Assembly (NCBI GenBank): GCA_038230375.1
Contig: JBBRNJ010000023.1
Coordinates: 1 to 64,000, forward strand
DNA: 64,000 bases
Source of the DNA: Polyangiales bacterium
GTDB taxonomy: Bacteria > Myxococcota_A > Polyangia > Polyangiales > Polyangiaceae
Reading direction: 5' to 3'
Position numbers and translations under genes: made by a program. The notes under the pieces are model-generated. The model saw nothing but the letters and a program-made list of their open reading frames with translations. It did not search any database and was not told where the DNA came from. Of this stretch, positions 8,817 through 18,054 are shown piece by piece. Numbering within the stretch: position 1 is the first letter of the stretch; each line of letters begins with the position of its first letter.

Positions 8817-10586
8817 TCAGTCCCGCGACCGGGGGAGCGCGGCGGGAACACCCGAGCGCACGGGCCCTGCGTAGACCTCCGACGTCCCGTAGGGGAGGCG
8901 CATGGCGTCGAGGACCGTGACGAAGGCCCCGACGGTCGTTGTCTCCAGCACGTTCACGTAGATGTCGCCGGTCGGGTAGCCCAGCGCCGTCTGTAGCTGG
9001 AGCTTGAAGTGGTGCCCGAACGTCACAGTCGTCGGTTCGCCCCTCTCGCTGCGCGCGATCACGGTGTCGTCGCTCGTGAACGTGATGCTTGGCCTTCGAG
9101 ACGCGGGGGTGGTGAGGTTGACCTTCGCGGAGAGCATCCACGGCTCTGGTCTGATCAACGCCGCGAGATCCGGGTCGATGGCGGCGACCGAAACGAGCTC
9201 GGGGGTGTCGGGCCGGACCACGAGATCCATCGGTGCATCGGACGAATGACCGCCTCCCGCGCTCGCAGCCAACACGAACACGGCGGTGACGGGCGCGCCC
9301 TTGTCCGCGGCGTACTGAGAAAGCTCCCCGCGCCAGTCGCTGGCACGGGCGCCGACGAGCTTGCCGTTCTTGTCCACGACGGTGAGCGGCCCTGTCGGCG
9401 TTCGCAGGCCGTCCACGTCGTGCACGGTCGGGAGTGCGACCGGGAAGGTGCGCTCAGGGGTGGCGGCCGCGATCTTTCCGATCATCCCCGTTGCGTGTGA
9501 TTCCACGCCGTAGAAGCCGAGTCCCACCGCGGCGCCAAGGACGAGCGCGATCACTCCGCTCGCTCCGAACGGAGAGCGTCCCTTGCTCATGCCGCGTATG
9601 AGCGCAGGCGCGAACGCCAGGAGCACCGAGGGGACGTGCAGGGCCGACAGCATGCCGAACGCGCGTGACTCGAAGCGTCCCTCCATCAAGATGCGCCCGC
9701 GCTGGCTCGGGTCCACGCTCTCGCCGCTGCATGCACCCAGGACGAGGCGCTCGATGCCGAGCATCGCGGTCCGATCGAGGAGCCAGAGCGCGAGCGATGC
9801 CGCGACCGCAGCGCAGATCACGGCGCTCAGCATGCGCTTCTGCTCGGCCACGTCGTGCCAGTCGCGGAACGCGGGCGACGCAAGCGCGGTGAGCGGCGCG
9901 ATGACGGCCACGATCCCCATGGAGACGAGCGACAGTCCGAATGCGTAGAGCGACGCACTGAGCGACCGCGTCACGAACATCACGATCACGCTCGCGAACA
10001 AGCCGACCACTGGCGCCACCAGCGACACGAGCCATGTGGAGCCGACCTTGGCGCCGACACGTGCGCGGTCCACGCTCGCCGCGATGCCCGCGCAGCCGAT
10101 CGCCGCGGCTCCGAGAGCGAATGCGCACAGCGCGCCACCGAACTGGAGCGGCCCGAGCGCCTCCTGCGTGCCCTCGAACGCAATGCGCATCGCCTGGCTC
10201 GGGTCGATACTCACCCCCGACAGCGCCGCATTCATCCGGCCGAGCGACATGGTGGTCCCCGCGAACGCCACGAGCGCGGGGAATGCAGCAAACCCGACGA
10301 TCGCGATGGGCGGAATGCGACGGCCACGAATGGCGAGCCCCGACAGGATCGCGACGAGGAGCGGGATCGCGGGCACCAGCATCAGCAAGAGCCACATGGA
10401 CGGGCCCCCGTCCTTCATGTTGCTGAAGATGTTGGCGGGGCTCCTTGCGAGCAGGAACAGCGGACAGACCAGGCCGCTCGCTGCTGCCAGCGCCGTCGCC
10501 ACGGTGTACGCCGTCATGCTCTTGCGCGGGAACGGCAGGCCGCCATGCGCACCGCCTTCGCGGTAAGGAATGTTCGGCTGCGCCAT
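8817..10586 (-). CDS. Polytopic membrane protein with duplicated MotA/TolQ/ExbB-like segments and possible ExbD-like C-terminus
   Basis: Many hydrophobic helices; internal repeat SIDPSQ..RI..EG / SVDPSQ..RI..EG; C-term VALP..AADK.AP pattern. Confidence 0.55.
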   Translation of the reverse strand: MAQPNIPYREGGAHGGLPFPRKSMTAYTVATALAAASGLVCPLFLLARSPANIFSNMKDGGPSMWLLLMLVPAIPLLVAILSGLAIRGRRIPPIAIVGFAAFPALVAFAGTTMSLGRMNAALSGVSIDPSQAMRIAFEGTQEALGPLQFGGALCAFALGAAAIGCAGIAASVDRARVGAKVGSTWLVSLVAPVVGLFASVIVMFVTRSLSASLYAFGLSLVSMGIVAVIAPLTALASPAFRDWHDVAEQKRMLSAVICAAVAASLALWLLDRTAMLGIERLVLGACSGESVDPSQRGRILMEGRFESRAFGMLSALHVPSVLLAFAPALIRGMSKGRSPFGASGVIALVLGAAVGLGFYGVESHATGMIGKIAAATPERTFPVALPTVHDVDGLRTPTGPLTVVDKNGKLVGARASDWRGELSQYAADKGAPVTAVFVLAASAGGGHSSDAPMDLVVRPDTPELVSVAAIDPDLAALIRPEPWMLSAKVNLTTPASRRPSITFTSDDTVIARSERGEPTTVTFGHHFKLQLQTALGYPTGDIYVNVLETTTVGAFVTVLDAMRLPYGTSEVYAGPVRSGVPAALPRSRD

Positions 10587-10621
10587 GTCCGATGGAGGCT
10601 ACACGTCCGCCCGCGAAGGCA

Positions 10622-11794
10622 CTACGGCCCGCATGCGTGCAGCGCCGCTTCGAGGGCCGCGGGTTGCTGCGCCATGCCCTTCAATGCCTTGTCCGCGTCG
10701 TCCCCGTACGCGGTCCACCTGCATGCGTGCGCGGGATCTCGCGTGCGTAGATCCAGGTAGATCGCAGACGCCTCTGCAAAGCGGTTATTGGACATGTAGT
10801 CCGTTCCCAGCAGCCCCATCATCGCGAACGTGCGCTCCTTCTCTCCAGTGCCATCTCCGCTCAAGGGCATGAAGAAGTTGAACGCGGCGCGCGGATCGCC
10901 GACCTGCGAATATGCGAATACCAGATCGTGTCGCGCGACCCCCGAAAGCCGCCCGGAGTTTGAGAGCTGCGGATAGGCCTTCCCGAAGTCGATAGTCTTC
11001 TTGAGCGCGGAGAGCGCCTTCGGAAAGTCACCCTTCGCCGTATACACCTGCCCGAGCATGTAGAACGCGTAGCCGTAGACCTGGTTTGCGGGCGGTGGGT
11101 ACTTCACGACCTCGTTGTAGGCCTGCTCGGCGAGGTCGAGCTTGCTCGGATCGGTCGAGGCCTCCGCAAAGAACATCTCACCGAAGGCCAGGTACGCGTT
11201 CGGCAGGTACTTCGACTGCGGGTACTTCTGAATGAGCTCGAAGTACCGCTTTCGGGCGCTGTTGCGATCGTTTGCGAGCTCCTCCTCGTAGGCCAGGTAG
11301 TAGAGGACCTCGTCCCGCTGCGCGTAGTTCGGGTAGTCGTTCGCGAGCTTCGTGTAGATCGCGGTCGCCTCGCGCCGCGCGTCGGTGGCGATGGCGTTTG
11401 CTCCGTCGACCGTGGCGGCGTACTCCAGCTCCACGTAGTCCTCCGCAATGCGGCGGAGCACCTGCGGCCTATCGGGAGATGTCGTCTGCATGGTCTGTAG
11501 CAGCGAGTTCAGTCCTGCGAGCTCCGCGACCAGCAGCGCGCGCTGCCGCGGCATGACGGTCGATCGGCGCATGTCGCGCGACGGCAGCCCCTCCTCTTCG
11601 TGACCCTTGGTCTTCTTCAGAGACGGCTCGTCCTTCGCGACGGGGGCCTGCGACGATGGAGGTGGAGGAGGCACATCCACCGCAGCGGGTGCGGCGAGCG
11701 GCGCGCCCACGACGGGAGGCTCCTCGCGTGGGGCGCAGGCGGTGGCGCCAAGGACCGTGAGAGCTGCCAACGTGAGAGACCTGATCCGCATCAT
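10622..11794 (-). CDS. Tetratricopeptide-repeat lipoprotein
   Basis: Lipobox ATAC, Pro-rich linker; TPRs DEVLYYLAY, PNAYLAFGEMFF, YAFYMLGQVY. Confidence 0.8.
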   Translation of the reverse strand: MMRIRSLTLAALTVLGATACAPREEPPVVGAPLAAPAAVDVPPPPPSSQAPVAKDEPSLKKTKGHEEEGLPSRDMRRSTVMPRQRALLVAELAGLNSLLQTMQTTSPDRPQVLRRIAEDYVELEYAATVDGANAIATDARREATAIYTKLANDYPNYAQRDEVLYYLAYEEELANDRNSARKRYFELIQKYPQSKYLPNAYLAFGEMFFAEASTDPSKLDLAEQAYNEVVKYPPPANQVYGYAFYMLGQVYTAKGDFPKALSALKKTIDFGKAYPQLSNSGRLSGVARHDLVFAYSQVGDPRAAFNFFMPLSGDGTGEKERTFAMMGLLGTDYMSNNRFAEASAIYLDLRTRDPAHACRWTAYGDDADKALKGMAQQPAALEAALHACGP

Positions 11795-11833
11795 CCAAGG
11801 ATAGACGAACGAGGCGCCTTTTCCTTGGTATCC

Positions 11834-13120
11834 ATGCGCTATCGTGGAGGCGTGCCTTACCGCTCCGACGAGGCGCGCTCGCGCATCGAGCACGTGGCAG
11901 CCACGGGGAACCTCCGCGGATTGCCGGAGCTGCTTCCGTTCTTGCCGCCGCACGCACACCCGCTGGGCGACCAGGCTGCGGCCGCGGTGGACAAGCTGCT
12001 TCGCGCAGCGTCGCCGAGGGACCTCGCGCGTCTGGATGGGTGGTTCCGCTCGGAGCGGGCGCGTTTCCCGGAGGCTCCAGACTTCCACAACCTCGTCATC
12101 GGCGGCCACGCATGGGACCCGCATCGCCATCGTGGAGTGACGGCGCTTGCCACGTTCCACTGGGATGGTCGCGTGCGTGACTCTGCCGTCGCCTCGATCG
12201 CCGAGCTCGACGACGCGTACACGATCCCCGTGCTCCTCGTGCGTCTGAACGACTGGGTGGATGCCGTGCACGACCGTGCCCATGCCGCGCTTGCGACGCG
12301 TGTCGAGACGACGTTTGCGGAGGCGTGGGCCTCTGCGCTTCCGCTGCTCGATCGGCTCGACACTGCTGCGCGTCGCTCCGCGGTGATCGCACACCTCAGG
12401 AAGCGCGTCGACGCGATGCTCGTGTCGCCGCCCGCGCGTGCTGCGCTGCTCGCCGCCGCGGCCAACGCGCACGATGTCATGGTCCGTCGCGCGGCGTTCA
12501 TGCGAGCGCGACTCGTCGAGGACCCGGACGTGCGCGCGCTGGTCGTGCGCGCGGCGGGCGGGGGCGATCCCGTGACGGCGACCTGGGCGTGCAAGGCGCT
12601 CTTCGGGACCGCGGCGCAACCGGGGCCCGCCGACGTGGCGATGTCGCTCTCCCTCTTCAAGACACAGCGGAGCGGAGCGCTGCGCGCGATGTCGCTCGAG
12701 GCGGCGATACGTACGGGGGGTGCGGAGGCTTCACCCACGTTGCGCGAGGCCATCCACGATGACCTGTCAGTCGTGCGCGAGGTGGCGCGCTTCGCGCTCA
12801 CGAAGCTGGAACAATGGAAGCCAGCGGACTTCGCCGCAGCGTACAAGGCAAGGCTCGCGTCAAGCGCGGCGCGCGCAACCGCTGGCTCCGCGGAGGGCCT
12901 CGCGGAGGTCGCGAGCACCGACGAGCTCGACGTGCTGCGAAGCCTCGTCGAGCACGAGAACGCCCGCTTCCGGGCCGCGGGCTGGGTGGGCATCGGTCGC
13001 GTCGATCCGTCGCCGAAGATCAGCGACTTCGAGCGCGCGCTGGCGGATCCATCACGAGAGGTGCGACGAGCGGTGCGCCCATACGCGAGAAGACTGATGG
13101 GAAAGGGCGTGGCGCTGTGA
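11834..13120 (+). CDS. HEAT/ARM-repeat protein
   Basis: Helical repeats DGRVRDSAV, LLVRLNDWV, SVVREVARFAL, DPSREVRRA. Confidence 0.7.
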   Translation: MRYRGGVPYRSDEARSRIEHVAATGNLRGLPELLPFLPPHAHPLGDQAAAAVDKLLRAASPRDLARLDGWFRSERARFPEAPDFHNLVIGGHAWDPHRHRGVTALATFHWDGRVRDSAVASIAELDDAYTIPVLLVRLNDWVDAVHDRAHAALATRVETTFAEAWASALPLLDRLDTAARRSAVIAHLRKRVDAMLVSPPARAALLAAAANAHDVMVRRAAFMRARLVEDPDVRALVVRAAGGGDPVTATWACKALFGTAAQPGPADVAMSLSLFKTQRSGALRAMSLEAAIRTGGAEASPTLREAIHDDLSVVREVARFALTKLEQWKPADFAAAYKARLASSAARATAGSAEGLAEVASTDELDVLRSLVEHENARFRAAGWVGIGRVDPSPKISDFERALADPSREVRRAVRPYARRLMGKGVAL

Positions 13121-13659
13121 AGAGGCTGGGCGTCGCGTTGCTCCTCGCCGCGAGCTGCACGAAGCGCTCAGCGCCGACACCGGATTCGACACCGGATTCG
13201 ACAACGACTTCGACCTCGACCTCGCCCACGACCTCAACCTCGACTTCGCCCTCCGCCCCTGCCCCCAGCGCCTCCTCGCCAGCCGCTGCGATCGCACCTG
13301 CAGCCTGTCGGCGCTCGCTCTTGGAGTACTGCGCGAAGCGCCCTTGCCCGGACTTCGCTCATACGGCGGGGGAGCTTCGCGGGCTCATCGCGCGGTACAA
13401 GGGGCAGGGATGCCTGCAGAGTGCACGTATCGGCACGTGTGGCCGCTTCTCGTTCGTGAAGCAGTCGGACGGGTACGCTGGCACCACCAAGTACTTCGAC
13501 GCGAGCGGCGCGCTCGTGGCTGTCGAGGGGTGGTCGGACACGAACTCGTACTGTGATGGCACCGCCTTTGGCGGCACGTTCGGTGCGCGTGACGTGTGTG
13601 CGCCCGTGACGAGGGAAGATCTCTGCCCAGGCCCCCAACCCGACAACGGCGGGCTCTGA
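13117..13659 (+). CDS. Lipoprotein with Ser/Thr linker and Cys-containing C-terminal domain
   Basis: GTGA overlap with upstream gene; VKRLGVALLLAASC lipobox; S/T/P linker. Confidence 0.7.
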   Translation: MKRLGVALLLAASCTKRSAPTPDSTPDSTTTSTSTSPTTSTSTSPSAPAPSASSPAAAIAPAACRRSLLEYCAKRPCPDFAHTAGELRGLIARYKGQGCLQSARIGTCGRFSFVKQSDGYAGTTKYFDASGALVAVEGWSDTNSYCDGTAFGGTFGARDVCAPVTREDLCPGPQPDNGGL

Positions 13660-13683
13660 GCGCCGCCGCGTTGCTCGCCCGGC

Positions 13684-14085
13684 TCAGCGCGCCGCGGCTG
13701 GCCTGATCTGCTTCCGGACCTTCTTCGAGAACGTCTGCGTGCAGAGACCATGCGTGGCCTCGTGCTCCATGATCTCGCGCGTGACCTTCTCCTTCGTCGC
13801 TGCGTCCAGCCCGGAGTCCCGGATCTCGGTTGCGAGCTGGATGCCCGTCGCGGTCGTCGGCCACGTCTGCTTCACCGCCACCGCGGCCTTGTTGGTCTGC
13901 TGGTGGTGCGATGGCTTGGTCTTGGTGACGTCACGGAAGCCCGTGTCTTCTGCGCGACGTCCGTTGCCGTGGCAGCTCGGGCACTTTGCGACCTGGCCCC
14001 ACGCGTTCTCCAGCTTGCCATCACCGCCGCAGACTCCGCACGAATCGGACTTGCCAGCGCCGCCTGCATTCTGAGAATCGATCAT
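13684..14085 (-). CDS. Small protein with DnaJ-type zinc finger (no J domain)
   Basis: CGVCGGDG and CPSCHGNG (two CxxCxGxG repeats). Confidence 0.75.
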   Translation of the reverse strand: MIDSQNAGGAGKSDSCGVCGGDGKLENAWGQVAKCPSCHGNGRRAEDTGFRDVTKTKPSHHQQTNKAAVAVKQTWPTTATGIQLATEIRDSGLDAATKEKVTREIMEHEATHGLCTQTFSKKVRKQIRPAAAR

Positions 14086-14176
14086 GGCTACACCCTACTC
14101 CCTGAGGCGGAAAATCCAGGCAGGAAGTGACGAGAATCGTCCTGTTCCGTGGCGCTTCAGGTCCCGTCGAATCTTC

Positions 14177-15190
14177 TCAGAGGCAGACCGCGAACGCGTC
14201 CTTGTAGTTCTCGAACGTGCCGTGGAACACGCCGCCTCCGTGCGGACGAAGCTCCGCGCCGTTCACCACGAAGTAGTACTGGAGGTCGGCCTTCACCAGG
14301 CCGTTGCCCTCGTTGATGAGCGGGAAGGCCGGGCACCTGGACTTGTCGGTGATCTGCGAGAGACCAACGATGGGGTCGAGGCCGTGCAAGTCCACCATGT
14401 AGCGCGCGTTGTTGGCGACGCGCTGATCGAGAGTGACGTACTGCATCTGGAACTGCCCGCCGTCGCCAACGCGCGAGTACATCCGCACGTCGAGCTGCTT
14501 CCACAGGTCGTGGTTGTCAAAGTCGGTCACGCCGTTCTTCCACACCTCGAACGAGAGCGTCGTCGTTGCAGCGCGCTGACGCGACCACGTGTCGAAGGTG
14601 AAATTGCCGTCCGTCGCGCGGCGATCGCGATCGCACGCCGGGCCGCGGCCGCCGCCGCACTCGCGCGACATCACCACGGTGAGGTTGCCCATCCAGCCCG
14701 GAGCGTTCGCCGAAGCCGCGACTGCAAAGTGGTAGTTCTTACCAAACGCAGAGTCGTACCCCGAGCAGCCCCAGCGGCTGGTGTTCTGGAACCAGATCTC
14801 CAGGTCACCCGCGCCGGTCACCGTGATCTGCGGCTGCGTGGTGCTGTGCGTCGCCGAGAATCCGCCCGCCTCGAACGTGCTCACTGCACCGCCGTTGAGG
14901 CGGTAGAAGCCTGTGATGGACCAGCCGGGGCTGCCGTCGTTGTTGCCGCCGCGGCACGCGGTGAGGCGGTTCGTGTCGTAGTCGATGTGAAGAACCTCAC
15001 CGGCCGACAGCGTGCCCGTCGTGTCGACCCCGCCCGCGCGGAAGTGAATCGTGGCGTCCTCGCTCAGCGCCGCGGACTCCGTGGTCGCGACATCCTCACC
15101 GATCGGCGCAGCACATCCACCAAGCCCCAGAGCCAGGGCGAGAAGGGGAAGACCAAGAGAGAGGGCCGCGCTGCGCTTGGAGTAACTCAT
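14177..15190 (-). CDS. Lipoprotein, DUF6209-like
   Basis: Lipobox LGGC; IDYDTNRLTACRG, LEIWFQNTSRWGCSGYDSAFGKNYHF. Confidence 0.7.
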   Translation of the reverse strand: MSYSKRSAALSLGLPLLALALGLGGCAAPIGEDVATTESAALSEDATIHFRAGGVDTTGTLSAGEVLHIDYDTNRLTACRGGNNDGSPGWSITGFYRLNGGAVSTFEAGGFSATHSTTQPQITVTGAGDLEIWFQNTSRWGCSGYDSAFGKNYHFAVAASANAPGWMGNLTVVMSRECGGGRGPACDRDRRATDGNFTFDTWSRQRAATTTLSFEVWKNGVTDFDNHDLWKQLDVRMYSRVGDGGQFQMQYVTLDQRVANNARYMVDLHGLDPIVGLSQITDKSRCPAFPLINEGNGLVKADLQYYFVVNGAELRPHGGGVFHGTFENYKDAFAVCL

Positions 15191-15320
15191 GACAGAGTTA
15201 CTAGTCCCGAACGTCCGACGGTCAAGCCGATATTCACCTACATCGAAAATAGATAAGAAATACAGCGCGTTGCCCGTGAACCTTGCCGCCCCCACCCCAC
15301 GCGCCGCCGAACACTCTACC

Positions 15321-16235
15321 TCAAACCTTCTCCGTGACCTCGACCTCGGCCTTCACCTCGTCCTCGGCCTTCACCTCTTCCTTCTCCGGCTCACTCCATC
15401 CCTCCAGCTTGTCGAACTTCTCGAACGGGTGCTCCAGCCACTCTCTCAGCACCTTCGACATGGTGGCCGCGTGGAAGCCGTCGATGAGGCGGTGATCGAA
15501 CGTGGCGTTGATGTTCATCATCTTCGCGATGACGACCGCACCGCCGCGTACGATGGGCTTCTCTTTCACCGCGCCGACGGCGAGCAAGATGGGCACCCGC
15601 GAGTACGGCACCAGTGGCACGTACGCAACGTCCAGCCCCAGCGAGCCGACGTTCGTGATCATGATGCTGCCGAACGGATCCTTCGGGATGCCTGCCCAGC
15701 GGAGATCCAGGTTCAGCGTGTACGTGAGGAACGAGATCGCATCGAGCAGCGGTCGGAGTAGCGAGTAGGGGAGTGACTTGAACGTACCGCGGGTCTTTTC
15801 CAGCGCCGGGTCCTTGCGCTTGCGGACGAGCGAGATCTTGCGCTCGAACTCGTCGCAGATCGCAACGAGCGACATGTCCTGCACCTCGTAGAGCGTGGCG
15901 CCGGAGAGGTCCACCTTGCCCTCTCCCTCGTCGTTCATGAGCACCTGGAAGAACACGCCGATGGTCTTGCGCAGGTAGATGCGATTGAAGCGCAGGATGG
16001 CGTTCGCGTCGGGGCACGCCTCGAACACCTTCGCTGCGGCCTTCGCCATGAGGTGCGAGACCGTCACGCGGCGCCCCGTCACGCGACGGAACTCTTCGAT
16101 GTAGCGCATGGCCTCGTCCATGCAGATCTCCATCGTGCCGTAGACGGAAGGATCCCCCACGGTCTTCCAGGTCCCGAGCGCGATCTTCCGGAAGCTCGAG
16201 AGGTCTTCCTTGGGTGCAAGTTCAAGGTTCGGCAT
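15321..16235 (-). CDS. 2-oxoacid dehydrogenase E2-like acyltransferase, catalytic domain only
   Basis: FGSIMITNVGSLG and TFDHRLIDG; no lipoyl or E3-binding domain. Confidence 0.85.
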   Translation of the reverse strand: MPNLELAPKEDLSSFRKIALGTWKTVGDPSVYGTMEICMDEAMRYIEEFRRVTGRRVTVSHLMAKAAAKVFEACPDANAILRFNRIYLRKTIGVFFQVLMNDEGEGKVDLSGATLYEVQDMSLVAICDEFERKISLVRKRKDPALEKTRGTFKSLPYSLLRPLLDAISFLTYTLNLDLRWAGIPKDPFGSIMITNVGSLGLDVAYVPLVPYSRVPILLAVGAVKEKPIVRGGAVVIAKMMNINATFDHRLIDGFHAATMSKVLREWLEHPFEKFDKLEGWSEPEKEEVKAEDEVKAEVEVTEKV

Positions 16236-16237
16236 GG

Positions 16238-17038
16238 TCAGTCTCCCTTGCCGCCATCGCTTGGACTGCAGTCGTCCTGGCATTGCGTGTAGCTGCAGGC
16301 GAAGAGCTGAAGCGAGGCGCAGCCGCTGGTCCGCCCTTCGATTGTTTGCGGGTTGATGAAGTCGTGCAGGCAGCTTCGAACGCACGGGAGCTGACTGGGC
16401 ACGCCGCCACCGTCGTCGGAGCCCGGCGCGCCGTCGCAGACGAATGGGATGGAGGCCAGGATGGCATTTGCGACCCTGCTGTCTTCATAGAGGGTGCCGA
16501 ACTCGTTCTTGCAGCCGACGATGCAATCGAACGCGAGCTTGCATTGGCGCGACTCGTAGCAGCTGTTGATCGTCGTGCAGCACTTCTGCGTGGTGCACGT
16601 GTCGCACGTGGCCTTCGCGATGAAGGGCACCGCAGGATTCGGGGTGCACGCGGCCGCAGCGATGCCGCACTCGCTCGCGCAGTTGTCCTTCATGCAGCCG
16701 TAGGCAAGGTTGGACTGCGTCGTCCCAGCCTCGAGGCACGACTCTTCGTCGTAGCGACCCAGCGTGCCGGCGCCGGCGACGCACCGATAGCCGCTGGCGA
16801 GCGTCTTCGCGCAATCGCCTGTCGCCTCGCAGTCGCCGTACAGATCACAGCACTGTGTATTTTGGGTGAGACAGGCCTCGCAGGTGTGCTGGGTGGTGGG
16901 ATTCACGCCGGCCAGGTCCTCGAGCCTGCAATACCCCTTCTTGTTGCGTGGCGGCTGCGCCTCGCCCAGGCAAGCCACGCTCACGCTCGCAGCCGCCGCC
17001 AGCGACGCCACCGCCATCGCAACGATCGCGGCCCGCAT
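16238..17038 (-). CDS. Cys-rich lipoprotein
   Basis: Signal ending VAC; two CxxC-x4/5-CC..C repeats; overlaps upstream stop. Confidence 0.75.
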   Translation of the reverse strand: MRAAIVAMAVASLAAAASVSVACLGEAQPPRNKKGYCRLEDLAGVNPTTQHTCEACLTQNTQCCDLYGDCEATGDCAKTLASGYRCVAGAGTLGRYDEESCLEAGTTQSNLAYGCMKDNCASECGIAAAACTPNPAVPFIAKATCDTCTTQKCCTTINSCYESRQCKLAFDCIVGCKNEFGTLYEDSRVANAILASIPFVCDGAPGSDDGGGVPSQLPCVRSCLHDFINPQTIEGRTSGCASLQLFACSYTQCQDDCSPSDGGKGD

Positions 17039-18054
17039 CAGAACGTTCCTCTGAATCCGGCGACCCCAGGACCGATGATCGGCTGGATGCCCGTATAGAC
17101 CTTGTCCGTCTTCGGGTTGAAGACCGCCCACAGTGACGTGCCAACGCCTGCCACGACGACGCCGCCGGAGATGAGCGCCGTGAACGCATACCCAGCCTGC
17201 GCCTCGAAGTGGTTTCGCGTGGAGTGCGGGCAGTAGTTGGTGCCGCACGCGGCCGTGCCAACCGACCCCTCGTTGATGCTCAGGATCAGCGTCGTGGTTC
17301 CGACCACAGTTCCGACAACGCCAGCGACGACACCCACGTAGAGCAGTGGGTTCGGCGACGACCGTACGTAGTATGGCCGCGTCGGCGCGGTCGGCGGCTT
17401 CGGCGCTACCCACGTCGGGGCGAGTGTGACGTCCTTCGTCTCGTCCGCGTGGACCGCGACCTTCGTCGAGACGGGCTCGCCGTCCCCGGCCTTCGCCGTG
17501 ACCTCGTGCACGCCGGGATTCACGCTTCGCGGCGCCGTGACCGCCTCGTCCAGGAGGGCGGTGCCATCCACAGATACCGTAGCAATCGCTCCGGGCGGCA
17601 GCGTGACGTGGATGCGAAGCTTCGGAATGTGTGGCTCGAGCTCGGTGGCGAGCCGTTCCGACTCGCGGCGCGCGTTCTCCGAGCGCTCGCTCTCCTCGAT
17701 CGAGCGAGGCATGCGCCCGACGGAGATGAACGCCTCGCGCGCGGAGAGCAGCTGTCCGAGCGTCATGTACGTCTTCCCCAGCTCGTAGCCCGTCACCGGC
17801 GTCGCCACGAGTACGTAGGCAAGGTGGAGCTTCGGCAACGCGCCCGCCGGATCCCCCGCGTCGCGCTGCGCCATGCCATCTTTCAGCGCCTCGCGCGCCG
17901 TCGCCAGGTTCTCGGCCGTGGGCGCATGCCGTGCAGGCTCCTCGTTCGCGCCGGACCCGTGCGCATCCTCCGCGCGCGCGCCCGTTGAGGGAAGTGTGAA
18001 TGCACCCGCGAGCACCGTGCCGACGAGCCAGCGGCACGCGTCACCAGAGCGCAT
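17038..18054 (-). CDS. TPR plus PEGA-like domain exported protein
   Basis: Signal peptide; AREALKDG..LAY..YELG TPR; VSVDG..VNPGVHEVTA; C-term GFRGTF. Confidence 0.75.
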   Translation of the reverse strand: MRSGDACRWLVGTVLAGAFTLPSTGARAEDAHGSGANEEPARHAPTAENLATAREALKDGMAQRDAGDPAGALPKLHLAYVLVATPVTGYELGKTYMTLGQLLSAREAFISVGRMPRSIEESERSENARRESERLATELEPHIPKLRIHVTLPPGAIATVSVDGTALLDEAVTAPRSVNPGVHEVTAKAGDGEPVSTKVAVHADETKDVTLAPTWVAPKPPTAPTRPYYVRSSPNPLLYVGVVAGVVGTVVGTTTLILSINEGSVGTAACGTNYCPHSTRNHFEAQAGYAFTALISGGVVVAGVGTSLWAVFNPKTDKVYTGIQPIIGPGVAGFRGTF

